Shown here: in pieces, positions 57,421-64,000 of the stretch
Layout of the letters: each line of letters begins with the position of its first letter
How positions within the stretch are numbered: the stretch's first letter is position 1
DNA from: Hyalangium minutum
GTDB taxonomy: Bacteria > Myxococcota > Myxococcia > Myxococcales > Myxococcaceae
Assembly (NCBI RefSeq): GCF_000737315.1
Contig: NZ_JMCB01000018.1
Coordinates: 1 to 64,000, forward strand
Direction of reading: 5' to 3'
DNA: 64,000 bases
Position numbers and translations under genes: made by a program
Notes under the pieces: model-generated
Databases searched by the model: none
What the model saw: the letters and a program-made list of their open reading frames with translations, nothing else
What the model was told of the DNA's origin: nothing

Positions 57421-58368
57421 ATGAACTCCTTTCTTGCTTGGTATCGTCAAAGACCCTTAGGCACAAAATCCATAATTCAAACCACGGTGTCGGTCGCAAC
57501 GTTTTATACTGGTATACTTCTGGAAGGGAAAATCCAGGAATGGTTTGAAAAGGACTCGCCCACCGTTTGGATTATTCGCACGGCAGCGATTATTGGACTG
57601 CTGATTTTGCTAGGTTCAATTAGCCTTGTAATGCGCACAAGGCTGGAGGCCATTGAGCAGCGGGATTACCTGCGCCGCCGCCAACTGGAATATGCCTGGA
57701 GTCTGATGGACCAGTATCTCGCGCATCAGGTTGCCGCTGTCCGAACAGAACCGACCGGTCAAGAGGTTCAGCAGAGGCAACAGTTCATCGAGAGTGTGAG
57801 TACCTCCCCCAGCATGTTGAGCGAAATCGTACGCGAGACATACCGTTTTTTTGAGTCCCAGCATGCGAACATCAGAGGAACTCTCGACTCCATCGTTGAT
57901 TTCGAAGTGACGTTTATGACGCTCTCCTATAGGGATAAAAAGCTAATTATCCCTGCTTATGCTAACCGCCAAGGCAGAGCACCTCCCAGTCTTGAACTGC
58001 GGGAAAAAAACCCAGCCCTCTACGAAAACACTGTTGCAGCCAAATCCTATACAGAGCCTCGCCCCACAATGAAGATCATTCCAGACACCATGGCTGATCC
58101 TCATTACGTGGACCTTTATCCTGGCCAAAAAGAGAGAATACGATCCTCATTAGCATTTCCCATTCTCTCAGACTTAAACAAGGTTTTGGGCGTGCTTGTC
58201 GTGCATTGCAATCAGCCTAAATTTTTTATGGAGTCAGACCGAGGCTTTTGGACGGAACTCCTGGAGATTTTCGGCAAGCGCCTTGCGCTGGAAAAAGCGA
58301 GGCTTGATAGACTTGTTGCATCAGACAGTGGGAAATTTTTAAATCTCACCCATCCGCCACCATTTTGA
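57421..58368 (+). CDS. 2TM + GAF-domain protein without enzymatic output domain
   Basis: Hydrophobic segments at about aa 17-36 and 49-71; C-terminal IIPDT..DPHY...IRSSLAFPI...VLGVLVVHCNQPKFF...ELLEIFGKRLAL is GAF-like. Confidence 0.75.
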   Translation: MNSFLAWYRQRPLGTKSIIQTTVSVATFYTGILLEGKIQEWFEKDSPTVWIIRTAAIIGLLILLGSISLVMRTRLEAIEQRDYLRRRQLEYAWSLMDQYLAHQVAAVRTEPTGQEVQQRQQFIESVSTSPSMLSEIVRETYRFFESQHANIRGTLDSIVDFEVTFMTLSYRDKKLIIPAYANRQGRAPPSLELREKNPALYENTVAAKSYTEPRPTMKIIPDTMADPHYVDLYPGQKERIRSSLAFPILSDLNKVLGVLVVHCNQPKFFMESDRGFWTELLEIFGKRLALEKARLDRLVASDSGKFLNLTHPPPF

Positions 58369-58414
58369 ATCAAGACAGCTACGATGCGCAGAGCAGTCTC
58401 AACGAGCATTGCCT

Positions 58415-59260
58415 ATGCATGACGAGAGTCTTTCGGCTCAAGATGAAGACAAACCCAAGAACTTCGCCCCGGGGTATCGCAATTACCTCATCTGTATAGA
58501 TGAATCGGGCACTGGCGGTTCGCGGTACTACGGTTTCGGTTCGTTGTGGATGCCATGGGAACGCCGTGGGGACTTCAACAAGCTTATCGCGTCGTTGCGG
58601 TCAGAGTATCGGTATGACTATGAGATCAAATGGAACAAGGTTAATTCTAGAAACGAGCCTTTTTGCAAAGCGCTGATTTCGAGTTTTTTCCAGCAGCGCT
58701 ACCTTATGTTCCACTGCCTGATTGTCCGAAAAGGATACATAGACAAGTCCTTTCATGGGCAGGACGCCCCATACGATCAGGCCCGTCGCAAGCATTTCGC
58801 GATGTTGATTACTTCGAAGATCAAGTTCTTTGCAGAGCGTGGCGTGAAGAAAGCTTATCATGCTTGGGTGGATCCGTTGCCTTCTCGCTATAAGAAAGCT
58901 GCTGAGGCAGCGCAGCTAATTATCAACAGCACGCTAAAGCAGCGTCTTAAACACCCAGCTTTGCACAGCCTCCAAGAGAGAGACTCAAAAGCTACTCCAG
59001 GCATTCAAGTTGCAGACCTCTTGCTTGGTGCCGTCGTCTCCGCCTGGAACAACGAGTCAACAAGCAAGTCTAAACTCGCTATTGCAGAGCACATCGCGCT
59101 TCATTTGGGGTGGCAAGATCTTCGTGCTGACACGTTTGACAAAGAATGGAAATTTAACATATGGCACTTTTATGATCCGACCTCTGGCGACTCTCGAGAG
59201 ATTTCTACACGTAAAGCAACTCATCTTTATCAAACGCCTCCATATCGTCGACGCCGTTAG
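58415..59260 (+). CDS. DUF3800 family (RNase H-like fold) protein
   Basis: ICIDESG, YEIKW, VDP, RDSKATPGIQVADLLLGAV. Confidence 0.85.
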   Translation: MHDESLSAQDEDKPKNFAPGYRNYLICIDESGTGGSRYYGFGSLWMPWERRGDFNKLIASLRSEYRYDYEIKWNKVNSRNEPFCKALISSFFQQRYLMFHCLIVRKGYIDKSFHGQDAPYDQARRKHFAMLITSKIKFFAERGVKKAYHAWVDPLPSRYKKAAEAAQLIINSTLKQRLKHPALHSLQERDSKATPGIQVADLLLGAVVSAWNNESTSKSKLAIAEHIALHLGWQDLRADTFDKEWKFNIWHFYDPTSGDSREISTRKATHLYQTPPYRRRR

Positions 59261-59352
59261 TGCAATCAGCATCGCACGGCTAATGCCAAAACTCCCTCGA
59301 GCAAGTGCGAAGCCGAAGCCTCAAGAGAAGACGTGCCGCCACCGCGAAGGCA

Positions 59353-59442
59353 GAGCCGAGGAAAAAGCGCAGACTGCGGTTGGCTGAGGTCGGGTCGCTG
59401 CGCAGAACGTTCGCGCTCGACGTGCTCACTCTACAGACGTGC
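59353..59442 (+). pseudogene. Relic of an IS91-family transposase C-terminus
   Basis: EPRKKR...LRRTFALDVL..C recalls the LRRTFALDV(L/F)xC Zn-ribbon start of IS91-type transposases. Confidence 0.5.
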
Positions 59443-59486
59443 TTTGACGCGGAAGGCTCCATCAACGCCCGCTGCACCGGACTAGA

Positions 59487-59555
59487 TCGGCATCTCGTTA
59501 GGTAAGATTGCTTGGCTTACTCGGCATCTCGTTAGGTAAGATTGCTTGGCTTACT
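59487..59555 (+). repeat. Perfect 34-bp tandem repeat (2 copies)
   Basis: tcggcatctcgttaggtaagattgcttggcttac at 59487-59520 and 59521-59554; each unit has a GTAAG/CTTAC stem. Confidence 0.95.
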
Positions 59556-59559
59556 AGGA

Positions 59560-59579
59560 TGGAGCCGACGGGAATCGAA
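59560..59579 (-). repeat. tmRNA 3'-end-like att fragment B
   Basis: Minus strand TTCGATT-CCCGT-CGGCTCC-A: T-loop, T-stem, acceptor with U70, discriminator A. Confidence 0.75.
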
Positions 59580-59607
59580 AAGCCTCCCAGAGAGCGCACC
59601 GTAGCGC

Positions 59608-59984
59608 TCACTTTGAACCTGGAGGTCCCAATTCCTCTGGCAGCCGCGCGGGGACAAACTTCAATCCCTTGAGCGCGTCTATCACAATAAAGCCTTGGGC
59701 GGCGATCTTCACCAGATCTCCATCCTCGGCGCTTCCACTTGTAAGCCCGAGATCCGCTTCTTCTCTCGTCGAGAACGTCTGAGCTAAGGTCACCGGTTTG
59801 TGGGTGAAGAAGCTCCGGAAGTACTCGCGATATTAATCCAGCTTCAGGATGTCGCGAACGTAAAGCACCCGACCGAAACGATTCGAAGCGCCTCGTCTTC
59901 CGGCGAGCCTTCTGGATACTTCGCCGACACGGTGCCCACCGTCTTCATGACAGCATCAACTTCGAAATTTGAATTGTAGGTCAT
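59608..59984 (-). pseudogene. Myxobacterial hypothetical-protein pseudogene (frameshift plus nonsense)
   Basis: MTYNSNFEVDAVMKTVGTVSAKYPEGSPEDEALRIVSV, frame change, VLYVRDILKLD*YREYFRSFF...LPEELGPPGSK. Confidence 0.7.
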
Positions 59985-60259
59985 TGGTCATTGGCCGGCG
60001 CAGGAAAGCAGCCCAGGCCTGATGCGTTCTCCTGGGTGAGGATGGGAAGAAGACCCCAGGTGACGCGGGGTTACGCGCAGAAGGGGTGAGCGGAATCGAA
60101 CATGACCTGGCGGGTCCTTGTTCTGATCGGCTCCCTGGCAGGTAGGAGATGCTCGATACTCGGCAAGCAGCCCGAGGCGGAGGGATGGGGCCGGCGAGCC
60201 CCATCCCCCCAATGCCCCGTTCCGCCATGAGCGCGGAGGCGGGGCGCAAGGAGTCGAGC

Positions 60260-61504
60260 ATGAGTGGACTGGGAGGACAACAGCGGCGAGTGCTCCAGCA
60301 CGCGCGGCTGCCCTGGGACGAAGGGGTGAAGGACCCGAGAGGGGCGCGAGGCAGGCGCCATGAGCACCTGGGCCTGTTGGGACTGGTGGTGGCGGCGTTC
60401 GCGGTGGGAAAGAAGGGGCTGAAGCAGGCGGCGCACCTGGCCCAGGACGTGGGGGCGCGGACGCGAAAGCGGCTGGGGCTGCCGCTGGCGGTGGCGGGCT
60501 CGACGCTGTGGCGCTTGCTGACGAAGCAGTTGCCGCAGGGCTTGAGTCAGACTTTGAAGGCTCAGGTAGAGCGGGAACTCAAAAACCCCAGAACGCCGCG
60601 GCTGCCCTTGCCCATGGGCGTGGTGAGCCTGGATGGCAAGAGCCTGTGGACCACCCACCAGGGCGAGGTGAAGGGCCTGCAGGCGGTGGCCAACGACGAG
60701 GCGGGCCGCGAGCTGTGGAGCCTGGGGGCGCTGCGCGCGGTGCTCACCAGCGTGGTGGCCGCGCCGTGCTTGGACATGGAGTTCATCAGCGCCAAGGAGG
60801 GAGAGTCCCCCGCCTTCCGGCAGCTGTTGCCTCGGGTGGTGCAGGCCTATGGCGAGCACTTCGGGGTGGTGACGGCGGACGCGGGACTGACGGCCGCACC
60901 GAACGCCGCGCTGGTGCGACAGCTGGGCAAGCATTACTGCTTGGGGCTGAAGGCCAATCAGCCCACCCTCCATGAGTACGCGGTGCAAGCCCTGGCCGAC
61001 AAGCAGTGTGCGGCGCGGGCGCGCACCGAGCAGCGAGCACATGGCAAGACGGTGGTGCGTGAGCTGTGGACGCACGCGCTCAAGGAGGGCGAGGTGGACT
61101 TCCCGGGAGCGCGCATGTTGCTGCTGGTGCGCCAGCAGCACTGGGGTGATGACGGCTCCTGTGAGCAGGAGTACCGCTACTTCGTCACCTCTTTGGACAC
61201 CACCCTCTTCAACTACAAGCAACTGCTGCGGCTGGTGCGGGTGCACTGGGGGATTGAAAACCGCCACCACTGGACGCTCGACATGGTGCTGGGCGAGGAC
61301 GCGCGCCAGCCCTGTCGCCCCACCCGCACGGCCCTGGAGGTAGTGGCCTGGCTGCGCGCCCTGGCCTTCAACCTGCTCTCCTTCTTTCGCGCCCGGCTGC
61401 CTCCGGAAGGCCGCTACCTCGTGGAGTGGGCGCGTGCGTGCGAGGTGCTCCGCGACAGCCTTGTCCACGGGCGCAGGCAGCAGACACTCCTGCCTGCTGC
61501 CTGA
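60260..61504 (+). mobile_element. ISAs1-family transposase, apparently intact
   Basis: DPRGARGRRH, SLDGKSL, TADAG, LKANQPTL, RVHWGIENRHHWTLD; RBS aaggag. Element ends not determined; a weak imperfect IR may lie near 60067-60093 / 61534-61564. Confidence 0.88.
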
Positions 61505-61661
61505 GGGCTCGCCGGCCCTCCCTCCGCTTCTGGCCGCCTCAGCCTTCTTTGCGCACGGCGCCCCGGCCGAACGGCGGAGCGTTGTCTCAGCACGCCTCGC
61601 TCTCAGAGCGCGCCTTCAGGCAATCCCTGTCGCTCGAGAACGCATCGGATCTGGGAAAGCA

Positions 61662-61674
61662 GCGGGAATCGAAC
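61662..61674 (-). repeat. Short tmRNA/tRNA T-arm-like att fragment C
   Basis: Minus strand GTTCGATTCCCGC, same orientation as fragments A and B. Confidence 0.45.
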
Positions 61675-61698
61675 TTGCGCCCAGTGTTCCTGAATGTC

Positions 61699-62361
61699 TT
61701 AAGGCCCCAGGCCTACCCAGACTTCGCCGTCTTCGAAGAACTCTTTCTTCCAGATTGGCACGTCCTGCTTGAGCCGCTCGATGGCGTGCTCGCATGCCAG
61801 GAACGCCTCCTTGCGGTGCGGCGCAGCAGCAGCGATCACCACCGCCAGTTCTCCCGGCTGCAGCGTTCCCACCCGGTGCATGATCGCCAGGCGCGTGCCA
61901 CCCCAGCGCTCCGCTACCTCCGCTCCGATGGCCGCCAGCCGCTTCTCCGCCATCGGCGGATAGGCCTCGTACTCGAGCTTCAGCACCCGCCGGCCCTTCG
62001 TCTGGTTGCGCACCGAGCCCGAGAACGTCACCAGCCCGCCGTACGCCTCGCCCGACACCGCCGCCACCACCTCCTCCAACCGCAGCGGCCGATCCACCAC
62101 CGAGAACAGTCCCGAGCCCCCCGACACCGGTGGGATGAGCGCCAGCTCCGCTCCCGCTGGCACCTCCTCCCCCGTGTCCACGAACTCCTGGTTCACCGCC
62201 ACCCGCAGGTGCGGCAGCAGCGGCTTCAGCGAGGCATGGCGCTCGGCCAGCTGGCGCAGCACATCCTGCACCCGCGCCCCCTCGGGCACCTCCAGCGTCT
62301 CCCGCTGGGTTCCCACGCGCTCGCGCGCCGCCGCGAAGTAGAGAACGGTGATCGAGCCCAT
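61699..62361 (-). CDS. moaE: Fused molybdopterin synthase MoaD-MoaE
   Basis: VLYFAAARE...AVNQEF...PPVSGG (MoaD), then GSVR, YEAY..MA, HRVG.L, LKQDVPIWKKE (MoaE). Confidence 0.93.
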   Translation of the reverse strand: MGSITVLYFAAARERVGTQRETLEVPEGARVQDVLRQLAERHASLKPLLPHLRVAVNQEFVDTGEEVPAGAELALIPPVSGGSGLFSVVDRPLRLEEVVAAVSGEAYGGLVTFSGSVRNQTKGRRVLKLEYEAYPPMAEKRLAAIGAEVAERWGGTRLAIMHRVGTLQPGELAVVIAAAAPHRKEAFLACEHAIERLKQDVPIWKKEFFEDGEVWVGLGP

Positions 62362-62362
62362 C

Positions 62363-64000
62363 TCAGCGCGTCCGAATCACAATCCGCCCCCGCAGCCGCG
62401 CCCCACCCTCCTCCGGCGCCAGGTCCACGAAGGCGTGATCAAAGGGCGTCACCTGATCCAGGAACGCTCCGCCGAAGGCTTTCGCCGCCGCCAGCTGCCC
62501 CGTGGGCACTCCGGGCACCTGCGTGGGCGCGTCCATCTCCGCCCGCAGCCGCCCCATGTCCACCATCAGCGACAGGTGGCTCGGCCCGAACGCGTTCGCG
62601 CTGAAGCGCTCCCGCAGCGCCGTGCCAATGTTCTCCCGTGGCCTCGCGTCCAGCGCCTCGCCCGCCTGCAGCGACAGCCGATCCGGCGCTACGCTCACCA
62701 CCATCGGCTGCTCCATCATCCGCAGCCGGAACTTCGTCACGTTCTTCTCCTTCACCGTCTCCACGTTCCACGAGCCCGCCGCGAACGCCTTCGTCAGCGC
62801 CGCCACCACCGGCTCCGCCCGCGTCAGCCCCGCCTCCAGCAGCACGGAGCCGCGCGGCTCGGGCCGCTTGTTCGTCAGGAAGTTCCGGTAGAAGGCCGGC
62901 GCGTCGAAGTACACCAGCATCGTCACATCCCCCCGCACCGAGCCGATCAGCGCCTCCCCATCAACCCCCTCCTGGCTCCAGCTCGCCAAGGCCTCCGCGC
63001 GGCGCGGCGAGCCCGGAGCCCCCAGGAGCGCCGTCGCCAGCTCGTCCGGAGGAATCGACATCATCGCCGCGGCCACCGGCCCCACCGGCGCCTTCTCCAG
63101 CAGCGCCGGCACCGGGCCCTGCTTCCCCGCCAGCAGCGGCTTCGCCGAGGCCAGGAAGCCATCCACCTCCGCCCTCCCCTCCTTCACCCGCAGCGACGAG
63201 AAGAACCCGGGGAACCCGTCGTCCTTCTCCTTCTTCGGGAAGCTCGAGAAGAGGTACAGGTTGCCCTCCTGCACCTTGCCGCGCAGCTCCATCAGCAGCG
63301 AGGACTCGGACAGCCCCGCGCCCGTGAACCCCTGCACGTACCGGCGCACCCCCTCCGGATCCGGCGAAGACGTCGAGGCCTTCACCGGCTCGCCCGCCTT
63401 GGGCTCGTCCTTCTCCGGCATCGCCAGGTACAGGTAGCCACGGTCCAGGAACGCCAGCACCGGCTCCGACGCGCGCAGCTCGATGCGCGCACTGCCATCC
63501 CCGCGGCGCTGCACCGTGAGCCCCTCGGACTCGAAGTCCTTGACCACCGCCTCCAGCGCCGCCGCCCCGTCCGTCACCCCCAGCACCGCCACCGAGCCCT
63601 CGAACACCGGCACCGAGAACAGCCCGAAGCCCTCGTCCGGATCCACCGCGCTCGCGTCCCCCTTCGCGCTCTGGAGCACCAGGGGCAGGAACGGCGCCTC
63701 GTCAATCTGCCGCAGCGCCACCTCCGGCCCCACCAGCCGCTTGTAGAAGTCCACCATGGGCTCCACGTTGCCGCGCAGCTGGGGCACGAAGAAGGCCACC
63801 GTCGCGTCCGCCGGAATGGCGCGCAGCACCGGCCGGGGCACCACGGTGATCCGCGCGGCCCCCAGCTCCGTCGCCCCCTCCAGCGCCTGCACGGTGAACG
63901 TGCCCGCGCGAGGGAACGCATGGGAGGCCCGCGTGGCCTTCTGGACCGGCGTGCCGTCCCCGAAGTTCCACGTCACCTCGGGCGCGCCCTCCTGCGCCGA
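62363..64000 (-). CDS. PKD-domain protein, 5' end beyond the window
   Basis: WNFGDG...HAFPRAGTFTV; the frame is open to the window edge (SAQEGAPEVTWNFG). Confidence 0.8.
   Translation of the reverse strand, partial: SAQEGAPEVTWNFGDGTPVQKATRASHAFPRAGTFTVQALEGATELGAARITVVPRPVLRAIPADATVAFFVPQLRGNVEPMVDFYKRLVGPEVALRQIDEAPFLPLVLQSAKGDASAVDPDEGFGLFSVPVFEGSVAVLGVTDGAAALEAVVKDFESEGLTVQRRGDGSARIELRASEPVLAFLDRGYLYLAMPEKDEPKAGEPVKASTSSPDPEGVRRYVQGFTGAGLSESSLLMELRGKVQEGNLYLFSSFPKKEKDDGFPGFFSSLRVKEGRAEVDGFLASAKPLLAGKQGPVPALLEKAPVGPVAAAMMSIPPDELATALLGAPGSPRRAEALASWSQEGVDGEALIGSVRGDVTMLVYFDAPAFYRNFLTNKRPEPRGSVLLEAGLTRAEPVVAALTKAFAAGSWNVETVKEKNVTKFRLRMMEQPMVVSVAPDRLSLQAGEALDARPRENIGTALRERFSANAFGPSHLSLMVDMGRLRAEMDAPTQVPGVPTGQLAAAKAFGGAFLDQVTPFDHAFVDLAPEEGGARLRGRIVIRTR

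Larger units (their letters stand above)
55260..59559. mobile_element. Low-GC integrase-less cassette between att-like direct repeats
   Basis: Flanks 55236-55253 and 59561-59578 share 16/18 nt. Sample GC is 27/60 at 56101-56160 versus 44/60 at 2341-2400. Confidence 0.75.

Noticed and set aside
59487-59555. 34-bp repeat as a CRISPR array
   Set aside because: The copies are directly adjacent with no spacer, and there are no cas genes in the window.
55260-59559. Retron, because NDT domains are retron effectors and the leader has hairpins
   Set aside because: No reverse-transcriptase ORF (no YADD-like motif) in or near the cassette.
55236-59579. Complete tmRNA or tRNA gene
   Set aside because: Only 13-24 nt 3'-end fragments are present; no 5' acceptor strand, D-arm or tag ORF lies at the expected distance.
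1926-62361. moeB and moaD-moaE as one locus
   Set aside because: They are 58 kb apart; scattered molybdopterin genes are ordinary.

Overview
High-GC myxobacterial (Cystobacterineae-like) chromosome segment; taxonomy is inferred from gene content and codon style. Positions 1-50.7 kb and 61.7-64 kb hold mostly housekeeping and lifestyle genes: iscA, moeB/rhodanese, RsmB, M61 peptidase, rnhB, acs, NUDIX, RseP, GH55 glucanase, P450, cyclophilin, menA, an Ntn acylase, a CheB-CheR-histidine kinase fusion and moaD-moaE. That part also has tandem CotH-kinase lipoproteins and a sigma54-type operon (porin, VTC, Tmk-like, DUF4956, lipoprotein, phosphatase). Positions 50.9-61.7 kb are a decayed insertion hotspot with kinase pseudogenes, two lipoprotein/partner (toxin-immunity-like) pairs between 141-bp direct repeats, three tmRNA-3'-end-like att fragments and an ISAs1 transposase. 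The best candidate for an undescribed system is the AT-richer 4.3-kb cassette between two of those att fragments (55260-59559). It encodes an XRE-HTH / deoxynucleoside-kinase / nucleoside-deoxyribosyltransferase(DNPH1-like) fusion, a 2TM-GAF protein with no other output domain, and a DUF3800 RNase H-fold protein followed by a 34-bp tandem repeat. The layout suggests a nucleotide-signalling anti-phage module, but that function is inference. All domain calls come from motif recognition by eye; no database searches were run.
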